From: Candidatus Saccharimonadota bacterium
GTDB taxonomy: Bacteria > Bacillota_I > Bacilli_A > Mycoplasmatales > Hepatoplasmataceae
NCBI GenBank assembly: GCA_027925225.1
Contig: AP027131.1
Location: 120,001-152,000 of the forward strand
Direction of reading: 5' to 3'
DNA: 32,000 nucleotides
In this document: piece after piece, positions 19,058 to 28,495 of the stretch
Layout of the letters: every line of letters begins with the position of its first letter
How positions within the stretch are numbered: position 1 is the stretch's first letter
The notes under the pieces: model-generated
Database searches by the model: none
What the model was told of the DNA's origin: nothing
What the model saw: the letters and a program-made list of their open reading frames with translations, nothing else
Made by a program: the position numbers and the translations under genes

Positions 19058-21913
19058 ATGTTTTTAAAGAAAATAGAATTAAAGGGATTTAAATCATTTG
19101 CAAAAACAACTATCGTTAATTTTCACGAAGGGCTTACAGTTATTGTTGGTCCAAACGGTTCTGGAAAATCAAATATTAATGATGCTTTTAAATGAGTTCT
19201 AGGAGAAAGTTCAAAAAAAACTTTGAGAGCTTCTTCATCTAAAGATATGATTTTTGATGGTTCTACAATTTTGGGTCCGTCAGAATATGCTGAAGTTTCA
19301 CTTTTTTTTGATAATTCAAAAAAAATTTTAGATTATGATTCAAATACTGTTGTAGTAACTAGAAAACAATTTAGAAATAAGGATCAAAATGAATATTATA
19401 TAAATCACGAACTCGCAAGGAGAAAAGACATTAAAAATCTTTTTATGGATACTGGACTTGGAAATACAAATCTTTCTATTATTTCTCAAGGTTCGGTTTC
19501 TAGAGTTACTGAATCAAAACCAGATCAACTAATGGATTTATTAAATGAAGCAGCAGGAGTTTCAAAATATCAAAAACAAAAAAAAGAATCTTTAGCAAAG
19601 CTTGAAACTGTTGATTTTAATTTAAGTCTTTTAGATACTAAGATAAAACTTTTGTCAAAACAAATAAAACCTCTTGAAAATGCGTCAGAAAAAGCAGAGA
19701 AATATAATAAATTTAAGGAAGAACTTACAAAAATAGAATTACCTTTAATTAAGTATATTTTAGAAAAATCATATAAAATAAAAGAAAAAATAGAATTAGA
19801 ATTAGAAGAAGATGAAAATAAAAGAAAAAATTTTATTGAAAATAGAAATGAAATAGATAAAAATATAAAAGAATTAAATTTAAAAATTTTAGAAATAGAA
19901 AAAAAAATAGATTTATTACAATTAAAAGAAAATGAATTACAAAAAAATTCTATTTTTGTTGATAAAAATTCTACAAATGAAAATGCATTAAAAGAAAAAA
20001 TAAAGGTTTCAGCAAAAAGAATAAAGGATTTAAAAGTTATTATTTCTTCTTCTTCAATTGAAGAAGAAGAAATAAATAATAAGATAAGTAATTTAAAATC
20101 AGAACAATTCGATTTAACTTCAAAAAATGAAACATTAAATTCAAATTTAAATCGAATTGATATTGAATTAAATAGATTGAATGAGAAAGAAAAATCACTT
20201 GGAAGAGGAACAAGGGAAATTATTGAAAATAAAAATCTTTTTAATAAAATTTATGGAACAGTTTCTAGTTTAATAAAATATGATGAAAAATATGAAATTG
20301 CGATTTATTCTGTTCTTTCTTCAAAGCTTAATAATATTGTCGTAAATAATGAAATAACAATAAAAGAAGCAGTAAATTTTTTAAAAGAAAACAAATATGG
20401 AAATGCAACTTTTATTCCAGCCGAAAAAGTAAAACAAAAATTTTTACCACAACAATATTTGGGCCCTCTGAATAGAATTGATGGTTTTTTGGGACTTTTA
20501 AATGAATTTATAGAGGCAGATAATATATTTAAAAATACAATTTCTTCACTTGCGGGAAATATAATTCTTTTTGATAATTTAAATAATGCTCTTAAAGCCG
20601 CAAATTTTTTAGAACATAAATTTCAATTTATTACTTTAGAAGGCGACATTATTTATCCTGGTTTTACAGTAAAAGGCGGATATAATAATTTAATTTCTTC
20701 AAAAGAAAGAAAAGAAGAACTTAATAAAGCAAAGAATTTAATAATTAAAAAGCAAAATCAATTTGAAAATAAGTTAGATGAAATTTCTGAAAATGTAAGA
20801 GATTATTCTGCAAAAAGAAACACAATTCAAAATGAGGAAATAAGGATTACCGAAAGACTTACATATTTAGAATCTCAACTTCAAAATGAACTTGTAGCCT
20901 ATAAAAATTTAACTGGTTTTACATTTGATTTTTCTGAAATAGAGGATTTTATAAATAAAGAAGAGTCAGAAGATCTTTCTTTAGAATTTGTTACAAATAA
21001 ATTAAGAAATTTTAAACAAGAAAAACAAAAAATGGTAAATAAACTTATAAATTATCAAGATGAACAATCTAAATATAATAGAGAATGAGGTAACCTTGTT
21101 GAAAGAATTGCTGATAATAAAGTTTTAATGAATGAAAATAAAAATGTAATTATTTATAACAATAATATTTTAAATCAAGATTATAAATTAACTTTTGAGA
21201 CACTAATAAAACAAAAACTTGATGAAATAAAAAATTTAGAAGAAAAATATGATTCATTAAAAGAAAAAAGAGATGAATTAAGAAAAGAAATTTCAGATCT
21301 TGGCTATATTGATATAGATGCAATTGAAAAATATAATACCCTTAAAAAAGAACATGATTCTTTAAAAATAGATGTAAATGAATTAAAAGAAATAAAAAAT
21401 AAACTTTTAAGTGTAATTGAAATTGCTGATAAAGAAATGATTAGAAGATTAGAAGATATTTTTGGTGGTGTAAGTGAAAGATTTAATTTAATTTTTCAAA
21501 TGTTGTTTAGAGGAGGAAATGCAAAAATAATTCTTACAAATCCAATGGACATTTTAAATTCTGGAATTGAAATTGTTGCTTCGGCACCAGGAAAAACAAT
21601 TAAAACATTATCTCTTTATTCAGGAGGAGAAAAGGCACTTATTGCACTGTCTTTAATTTTTGCGATAAATGAAACCAAAAAACTTCCTATTCTTTTATTA
21701 GATGAAGTTGAAGCTGCACTTGATGAAGCAAATGTTGAAAGATTTGCAAAATTTGCTAAAATACTTAATGAAACAACACAATTAATAATTGTTTCTCATA
21801 GACCTGGTACAATGGAAAAAGCAGATTTTCTTTATGGTGTTACAATGCAGCAAAGAGGAATTACTGACATATTTAATGTAAAATTACAGGAAGCAATTCA
21901 AATTGCAGAATAA
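19058..21913 (+). CDS. smc: Chromosome partition protein SMC (951 aa)
   Basis: N-terminus [35 protein letters not shown] (Walker A); long coiled coils; C-terminal '[16 protein letters not shown]' and '[11 protein letters not shown]'. Frame 2 joins 19058 with track ORFs 19223..21088 and 21128..21913 across TGA. Confidence 0.92.
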
Positions 21914-21915
21914 AC

Positions 21916-22923
21916 ATGGTTTTTAAAAAAAAGAGTAAAGATAAAATAGTAGAAACTATTAAAATTTCTAGAGAAAATTCCTTAGATGAAAAATACAAAA
22001 AGGGTTTAAAAAAATCTAGAGAATCTTTTATTTATAAACTTAAAAAACTAGTTACAAAATATAGAGAAATTGATGCTGATTATTTTAATGAATTAGAAGA
22101 AATTCTTATTATGTCTGATGTTGGAGCACAATATGTTGACAAATTAATAAAAAAAATAAAAGAAGAAGCCAAAATAAATAATATAAAAACACCTGAACAA
22201 AGCGAGAAATTAATATTTGATTATCTTTTTAAAAATTATTTAAAAAATTCTTCTTTGGAAGAAAAAGAAATTAATCTTTCAAAAGATAAATTAAATGTAA
22301 TTTTAGTAATTGGTGTAAATGGTGTAGGAAAAACAACTTCAATTGGTAAACTTGCTTTTTATTTAAAAAATAAAAATTATAAAATAACTTTAGCAGCAGC
22401 AGATACTTTTAGAGCGGGAGCAGTAGACCAACTTGAAATTTGATCTAATAAAATTTCTATTGATATTATAAAGCCCGAAAGAGAAGGCCAAGATCCGGCC
22501 TCTGTTGTTTATTTAGCCTTAGAAAAAGCAATTCAAAATCAATCAAATATTTTAATAATAGATACAGCAGGGAGACTTGAAAATAAGAAAAATTTAATGT
22601 TAGAATTAGAAAAAATAAATAAAATAATAAAAGCAAAATCTAATAATGCAAATATAGAAACTTTATTAGTATTAGATGCAACTACTGGGCAAAATGGAAT
22701 TCACCAAGCATCAGGTTTTAATGAAGTAACAAAGCTTACTGGAATTATTTTAACGAAAATGGATTCTTCTTCTAAAGGGGGAATTATTCTTTCAATAAAA
22801 GATTATTTTGATATTCCTGTTAAATTTATTGGACTTGGAGAGAAGCTTGAAGATTTTGAAAAATTTGATTTAGTAAAATATTTAAACAGCTTAATAGGTG
22901 AAGATTTATATAAAAATGAATAA
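21916..22923 (+). CDS. ftsY: Signal recognition particle receptor FtsY (335 aa)
   Basis: 'GVNGVGKTTSIGKLA', 'DTAGRL', 'TKMDSSSKGG'. Track ORFs 21916..22443 and 22597..22923 share frame 1 across TGA. Confidence 0.92.
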
Positions 22924-23149
22924 AAAAATAAATAAAATTCCTGAATTAATTGAAAAATATGATCAATATAAAAATCTTCTTACAGAAAAACAAAGAAATG
23001 TTTTTGAAAAATATTATTTTAAAGATTACTCAATGCAAGAAATTGCAGAAATGTTAAATATAACTAAACCAGCAGTAAATGATTTATTAAAAAGAACAGA
23101 GAAAATTTTAAAAAAATATTATGAAAAATTAAAAGAAAATAAAGATTAA
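22916..23149 (+). CDS. ylxM: UPF0122 / YlxM putative helix-turn-helix protein (77 aa)
   Basis: 'LTEKQRNVFEKYYFKDYSMQEIAEMLNITKPAVNDLLKR' is the YlxM sigma-region-4-like HTH. Conserved position between ftsY and ffh. ATG 22916 overlaps the ftsY stop (ATGAATAA); the track starts at GTG 22898. Confidence 0.85.
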   Translation: MNKKINKIPELIEKYDQYKNLLTEKQRNVFEKYYFKDYSMQEIAEMLNITKPAVNDLLKRTEKILKKYYEKLKENKD

Positions 23150-23236
23150 TTTTTTAAATAATGCTTAATTTATTTTCATTTTTATAAATTAATTTTATAT
23201 TTATAAGATTTCTGTTTTTAATTTAAATGTTTTAAA

Positions 23237-23245
23237 ATGGTATAA
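23237..23245 (+). promoter_or_regulatory. Extended -10 promoter element (TGgTATAAT) for ffh
   Basis: TGGTATAAT lies 30 nt upstream of the ffh ATG and 17 nt upstream of the GGAGG Shine-Dalgarno. I could not identify a convincing -35. Confidence 0.4.
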
Positions 23246-23275
23246 TTACTGGGTTAAGTAAATGGAGGCAACATA

Positions 23276-24616
23276 ATGTCATTTAATTTTTTACAAAATA
23301 AACTTGAAAAAACAATTAAAAAAGTTAGTTCAAAAGGAATGCTTTCTGAAGAAAATATTAACAATGTTCTTTCTGAATTAAAGATAAATTTATTAGAATC
23401 AGATGTTAACTTAAAAGTAGTTAATAATTTTCTTGATCAAGTAAAAGAAAAGGCAACAGGATTAGTTGTTTCTTCTGATAGAACAAGTTCGCAAGAAGTT
23501 TTAAAAGTAATCAATAAAGAGCTTATAAATGTTTTTGGTAAAGAAACTAAAAAATGAAATTACAGACCACATTCTGTAGTTATGTTTGTTGGACTTCAGG
23601 GTTCTGGAAAAACTACATCAACAGTTAAACTTGCTAATTATTTATCAAACAAAGAAAAGAAATATAAAAAACCATTATTGGTAGCTCTTGATGTTTATCG
23701 TCCTGCTGCTTATAATCAACTTGAAACATTATCAAAAAGACAATCATTTGATTTTTTTGGAATTAAAGATGAAAAAAATGTAAATAAAATTTTGAATGAA
23801 GCAATAAAATTTTCTAGTGATAATGGTAATGATTTAATAATTTTAGATACAGCTGGTCGACTTCAAACAGATGAAGTTTTAATGAATGAATTAAAAGAAA
23901 TTAAAAAAATTGCATCACCCACAGAAATAATTTTTACAGCAGATGGAATGGCCGGACAAGAGATATTAAATGTTGCAGAAACATTTAATGAAAATTTAAA
24001 GCTTACTTCAGCAATTATTACAAAAATGGATTCTTCTGCAAAAGGGGGAGCTTCTCTTTCGATTGCTTCTTCAACAAATATTCCAATTCAATTTATTGGT
24101 ACTGGTGAAAAAATTTCAAATATTGAATTATTTCATCCTGATAGAATGGTTTCTAGAATTTTAGGACTTGGTGATATAGAAACCCTTACTGAAAAAGCAA
24201 TGGAAGTTACTGATGAAAAGAAAACTGAAAAAATGATGAGAAAAATGATGGATGGTAAATTTGATTTAGATGATCTATTAACAACCATTAGTCAAGTTTC
24301 AAAAATGGGATCCTTTTCTTCTATTACAAGATTAATTCCTGGTATGAAATTAAATGAAAAGCAAGGTAATTTTGCTGAAAGTAGAATGAAAGTTTATAAA
24401 TATTTAATTGATTCAATGACTGAAAAAGAAAAAAAAACCCCAGCATTATTAAATCATCCAAAAAGAAAAAACCGTATTCTTAAAGGTTCTGGAAGAAGTG
24501 CACAAGAATTAAATTCTCTTGTTCATGAGTTTGATAAAATGAAAAAGCAAATGAAAGAGATGGGCAAATATATTAAAATGGGCAAATTACCTAATTTAAA
24601 TAATTTAAGATTTTAA
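23276..24616 (+). CDS. ffh: Signal recognition particle protein Ffh (446 aa)
   Basis: 'GLQGSGKTT', 'DTAGRL', 'TKMDSSAKGG', and a Met-rich M domain (MMRKMMDGKF..). Track ORFs 23276..23557 and 23582..24616 share frame 2 across TGA. GGAGG at 23263-23267 sits upstream of the ATG. Confidence 0.93.
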
Positions 24617-24636
24617 TATTTTTTTAAAAAATAAAG

Positions 24637-24666
24637 AAAAAAAGGAGTTAAACTCCTTTTTTATTG
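24637..24666. terminator. Rho-independent, probably bidirectional, terminator after ffh
   Basis: AAAAAAAGGAGTT-A-AACTCCTTTTTTT: a GGAGT/ACTCC core flanked by an A-run on the left and a T-run on the right. It lies 20 nt after the ffh stop and just downstream of the minus-strand small ORF. Confidence 0.75.
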
Positions 24667-24687
24667 TTTAATAAACTAAATCAGAAA

Positions 24688-24843
24688 CTATTTAACTTTT
24701 CTTACTTTTCCTTGTTTTTCCATTGCATACATATATGTATTTTCTGTATCAAAAATGAATTCACCTTTTTCAAAAGTTTTATTTCTTCATTCCATTGTTT
24801 TTAACACTTCTCATTTATATTTTTGCACTTTACACACACTCAC
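24688..24843 (-). CDS. Possible small protein (51 aa from GTG 24843, or 35 aa from ATG 24795)
   Basis: This is the only open minus-strand frame in the 409-nt ffh-rpsP gap: (M)SVCKVQKYKWEVLKTMEWRNKTFEKGEFIFDTENTYMYAMEKQGKVRKVK. A minus-strand TATAAT lies at 24888-24893, and the ORF ends just before the bidirectional hairpin. No Shine-Dalgarno and no recognised family. Confidence 0.3.
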
Positions 24844-24999
24844 TTATAACATTCAATAAATAATTGCTAGTCCATTAAACTAAGTACATTATATAGTATT
24901 TTTTATATTTTTTTGATAAATTTTTTATATTGGAATATTATTCTTTTTTTATTAAAAATATGTAAAGTAAAAATACTTTACTTAATTTTATTTATATAC

Positions 25000-25005
25000 T
25001 ATAAT
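25000..25005 (+). promoter_or_regulatory. -10 box (TATAAT) for the rpsP-rimM-trmD-rplS operon
   Basis: TATAAT lies 20 nt upstream of the rpsP ATG. GGAGG at 25012-25016 is a strong Shine-Dalgarno. Confidence 0.35.
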
Positions 25006-25025
25006 TTAAATGGAGGTAAAAAAAT

Positions 25026-25343
25026 ATGTCTGTTAGTTTGAGATTAACAAGAATGGGAACAAAGAAAAAACCATTTTATAGAATTATAGCAATTGATTCA
25101 AGAGTTGAAAGAGATGGAAAATATATAGAACAAATAGGAATATATAATCCACTTACAGGAGAAAAAAAAGTAAATTCCGAAATAGCTCTTAAATGATTGA
25201 CAAATGGAGCAAAGCCTTCACAAACAGTTCGTGATATTTTTTCAGAAAAAGGTATTATGAAAGATTTTCATGAATCAAAACAAAAATCTAAAGATGAAAA
25301 AAATAAACTTTCAAGAAGTTCAAAAAAAACTTCAAAAAAATAA
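25026..25343 (+). CDS. rpsP: 30S ribosomal protein S16 with Lys-rich C-terminal tail (105 aa)
   Basis: [43 protein letters not shown] matches S16 (M.V.IRL.R.G.KK.PFYRIV..DSR..RDG..IE..G.YNP). One in-frame TGA. Confidence 0.93.
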
Positions 25344-25353
25344 TTTAATTTGA

Positions 25354-25836
25354 TTGGGAACTATTGTAAATACTCATGCTTTAAAAGGCGAAATTAAGAT
25401 TATTACAAATTCAGATAATATAGATTATTTTTTTAAAAAAAATGGAATTATTTATATTAAAAATAATGATTCTTTTAAAGATTTTAAAATAATTTCAGTT
25501 AGAAAACATAAAAATTTTATTTTACTTTTTTTAGAAAATATAAATACAATAGAAGAAGCTAATAAACTAAAAAATAAAGAAATATATATAAATCATGAAG
25601 AATTAGAAAAAGATGATTTTTATTTTAAAGATGTAATTGGAGCGAGAGTAATTGATCAAAATAAAAAAGAAATAGGTATTGTAAAATCTTATTATGATCA
25701 AAAATCTTATTATAGTTTTGAAATTATAAACAAAGAAAATTTAATTTTTAATATTCCAATTTTAGATGAATTTATAATAAATTTTGATAAAGATAAAAAA
25801 ATTTTATATGTAAAATTACCAGAAGGTTTTTATTAA
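25354..25836 (+). CDS. rimM: 16S rRNA processing protein RimM (160 aa)
   Basis: Track ORF with a TTG start at 25354. '(L)GTIVNTHALKGEIKIITNSD' matches the RimM N-terminus (G.I...HG.KGE.KV...TD). No in-frame ATG exists between the upstream TAA (25303) and 25354. Synteny is rpsP-rimM-trmD. Confidence 0.85.
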   Translation: MGTIVNTHALKGEIKIITNSDNIDYFFKKNGIIYIKNNDSFKDFKIISVRKHKNFILLFLENINTIEEANKLKNKEIYINHEELEKDDFYFKDVIGARVIDQNKKEIGIVKSYYDQKSYYSFEIINKENLIFNIPILDEFIINFDKDKKILYVKLPEGFY

Positions 25837-25842
25837 TAAATT

Positions 25843-26508
25843 ATGAGAATAACTTTTATTTCATTATTTCCAGAGTTTTTTAATGAATTTTTAAAACATA
25901 GTATTGTAAAAAGAGCGCTTGAAAAAAAAGAAGTTTCTTTTGATTTTATTAATCCTAGAGATTTTTCTTTAAAAGGTAGAGCAGATGATACAGTTTATGG
26001 AGGTGGTTCAGGAATGCTTTTAATGATAGAACCTATTGTAAAAGCAATTGAATCAGTTAAAGAAAAAAACTCCTATGTTATTCTTCTTGGCCCAAGAGGA
26101 AAAATATATAATCAAAAAAAAGTAAAAAACTTAAAAAAATACAAACATATAATTCTTATTTCTGGTCATTATGAAGGCATTGATGCTAGAATTTATGATT
26201 ATATAGATGAAGAAATATCAGTAGGTGAATATATTCTTACTGGAGGAGAAATACCTTCAATGATAATTGCAGATTCTATTATTAGATTGTTGCCAAATGT
26301 AATAAAAAAAGAATCACATCAAAATGAGTCTTTTGAAAAAAAAATGATGGAATCTGATCATTTTACTAAACCATTAACTTTTAGAGGCAAAAGTGTTCCG
26401 GAAGTTTTATTGTCAGGTAATCATAAAGAAATTGAAAAATGAAGAGAAGAAAATTCTAAAAAAAATACAAAAAAATATTTAAAAGAAAGGAAAGAAAATG
26501 ACTTCTAA
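25843..26508 (+). CDS. trmD: tRNA (guanine37-N1)-methyltransferase TrmD (221 aa)
   Basis: 'ISLFPEFF', 'DDTVYGGGSGMLL', 'GHYEGIDARI', 'ISVGEYILTGGEIPSMIIADSIIRLLP'. Reads through TGA 26440 to TAA 26506-26508, overlapping the rplS start by 11 nt. Confidence 0.92.
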
Positions 26509-27022
26509 CGAGATATTAATTAATAAAATTACTAATTCACAAGTTAAAAATAATCTCCCAAATTTCAGAACAGGTGATACAGTAAAAATTCATCTTAAAA
26601 TTAAAGAAGGTGCAAAAGAAAGAATTCAAATTTTTGAAGGCTTTATTTTAAAGCGCTCAAAAAAACAAGGAACTGATGCAACGTTTACTGTAAGAAAAGA
26701 ATCTTATGGTATAGGTGTTGAAAAAACTTTCTTTTTAAATTCTCCATCAATTGTGAAAATAGAAATTGTAAAAAAAGGTAAAGTAAGACAATCAAGAATT
26801 TTTTATATGAGAAATAGAAAAGGAAAATCTGCGAGAATAAAAATAAGAGAAGATAAAAAAACTATTCCTAAAATTGAAAAAATAGAGAAAATAGAAAAAA
26901 ACGATTCTAAAAAAATAATTGAATCAAAAGATAAAACTACTCCTGTTATTAAAAAAGAAGATTTTACTTCAAGCGAAAATAAAAAAACAGAAAATAAAAC
27001 TACAAAAGAAAATTTAAATTAA
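26498..27022 (+). CDS. rplS: 50S ribosomal protein L19 with a ~55-aa Lys/Glu-rich C-terminal extension (174 aa)
   Basis: The core 'FRTGDTVKIHLKIKEGAKERIQIFEGFILKRSKK..ATFTVRKESYGIGVEKTFFLNSPSIVKIEIVKKGKVRQSRIFYMRNRKGKSARIK' is L19. The tail contains KIEKIEKIEK. Confidence 0.93.
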   Translation: MTSNEILINKITNSQVKNNLPNFRTGDTVKIHLKIKEGAKERIQIFEGFILKRSKKQGTDATFTVRKESYGIGVEKTFFLNSPSIVKIEIVKKGKVRQSRIFYMRNRKGKSARIKIREDKKTIPKIEKIEKIEKNDSKKIIESKDKTTPVIKKEDFTSSENKKTENKTTKENLN

Positions 27023-27042
27023 AAAAATAAATAATATATTTT

Positions 27043-27085
27043 AAGATAGGCTGATAACTAAAATTATTATGTCTATTTTTTATTT
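27043..27085 (+). terminator. Weak candidate terminator after rplS
   Basis: AAGATAGGC (27043-27051) can pair with GTCTATTTT (27071-27079), including two G-U pairs, around a 19-nt loop. It is followed by a T-rich run. The stem is AT-rich, so support is weak. Confidence 0.25.
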
Positions 27086-27106
27086 ATAATAAAAAGGTAA
27101 AATAAA

Positions 27107-27862
27107 ATGAAAAATAACTTATTAAATTTAAAAGATAAATCAAAATTAATTCTTAATTTGGATGAAGAAAATATTTTAGAAACAAATAAATATTTTGTTT
27201 CTAAAATAGAAGAATTTTGAACAGATTTTAATAAAAATTATCAAGATTTAGAAAAAAAATATAGTAAATATTTAAATAACAAGAATTTCTTTTATCAGAA
27301 AGAATTTCTTATAAAAAAATCACCAATTATATTGTTAACAACCTTTTTTGAAAAAGAAAAATTATATTTTGTTGAAAGCTTAATAGAAAATTTAATTGAT
27401 AAAAAAGTGAATTTAAAAAAATTTAAAAATGTTATTTCCCTTGATGTTTGAAAATATTTAAATTTAGAAGAAATGACAAATGATTTATTTTCTATTCTTG
27501 CTTCTAAATATAAACAGCAAAAAGAAAAGATCTTAAAAATATCAAAATCCTTAGCAAATACTACATTAATTTCTTGATCAAATAAATGAGCAAAAACAAG
27601 TATAAAAGAAATAAAAACAGATAAAAAAATGGATGAATTAATAGAAGATATTGAAATTGAACCAACATTAATAATAATTGATAATGTTGATAAAATGGAT
27701 AATAATGGATGAGATTTAATAATTAAAATTTTTCAATTTTCTAAATTAAAAAATTTATGTTTTGTACTTATAATTGATTCTAATAAATTAGATGATATTA
27801 ATAAAGGGAAATTTTATTCATTAAAAAAATACATTAATTATCCTATTTTTGAACTTATTTAA
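27107..27862 (+). CDS. Hypothetical P-loop-fold protein, KAP-NTPase-like with degenerate Walker A (251 aa)
   Basis: ATG 27107 (AAAGGT 8 nt upstream) to TAA 27860-27862, open in frame 2 with 6 in-frame TGAs; absent from the track because it is fragmented. 'TLIIIDNVDKMDNNGWDLIIKIFQFSKLKNLCFVLIIDSNKL' resembles the KAP/AAA+ Walker B plus downstream strand. 'ISLDVWKY' resembles the KAP F-N-A-W motif. The Walker A position reads 'LLTTFFEKEKLYF' and lacks GxxGKT. Confidence 0.5.
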
Positions 27863-27864
27863 TT

Positions 27865-27914
27865 TTTTATAAAACAAAATATATCAACTAAGTGATATAT
27901 TTTGTTTTATAAAA
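27865..27914. terminator. Perfect 22-bp inverted repeat (6-nt loop), a bidirectional terminator between convergent genes
   Basis: TTTTATAAAACAAAATATATCA (27865-27886), loop ACTAAG, then TGATATATTTTGTTTTATAAAA (27893-27914). It fills the 52-nt gap between the stop codons at 27860-27862 (+) and 27915-27917 (-). Confidence 0.7.
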
Positions 27915-28403
27915 TTACAATATATTTACTTCATTAATATGTTTTTCAATTGCTTTATAAATAATTTCTTTTCTTTTTTTGAATTCTCCTAAGAAATTTT
28001 TTATTTCATTTTCTTGATATTTTTCTCAAATAAAATTATCTATTTTTTCAGTATTAACAGGAACCAATTTAAGATTTTCTTTTTTAATTAAAAGTAATTC
28101 AAATTTTCAAATTTTGTTTTTCCCATTTTTATAGTTATTTCTTATTTGGGATTTATTTTTTGAACTAGATTCTGATACAGCAATAATAAAATTTTTATTT
28201 TTATCATTGTGAATTATCACAATTGGTCTTGTTTTTTTATCATTATTCTTATCTCTTTTATATTCTTCGTCTGTATATTTTTTTTTCAATTTATGATTGT
28301 GTTTTTTTAATGAACTATTGTAATTTACTTGATATGCTTTAGTAGTAATGTTAACTTTAGAGCCAACATTTAAGTCATTTATATTCATTTTTTTGTACAG
28401 CAT
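27915..28403 (-). CDS. Hypothetical basic protein, possibly PemK/MazF-like fold (162 aa)
   Basis: Track ORF 28107..28403 (-) continues through two TGAs to TAA (complement of 27915-27917). The pattern 'VGSKVNI...KKTRPIVIIHNDKNKNFIIAVSESSSKNK...LLLIKKENLKLVPVNTEKIDNFI' resembles PemK/MazF (G.i..v...RP.vVls.d..n...v.vvP.Ts...v..dqi.tid..rl). Confidence 0.45.
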
Positions 28404-28495
28404 ATAATGAGGTGTGTTATAAAGATATATGCTAAAACAATTGTATTATAATAATTAGGATTAATAAAAAAAATGAAAGATATATTTTTAAAGAA

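Noticed and set aside
24690-24960. SRP (4.5S/scRNA) or another known structured RNA next to ffh.
   Set aside because: I found no GC-rich helix-8-like hairpin with a GNAR tetraloop or the conserved AGCA/GGAA elements on either strand. The region is better explained by a small ORF or an unknown transcript.
27107-27862. Calling this ORF DNA polymerase III delta or delta-prime (holA/holB).
   Set aside because: The 'IIIDNVDK...LIIKIF...CFVLII' segment is compatible with clamp-loader subunits. However, the protein is too short and lacks the C-terminal helical domains. Its 'DVWKY' segment fits KAP NTPases better. I kept this as an alternative hypothesis and did not make the call.
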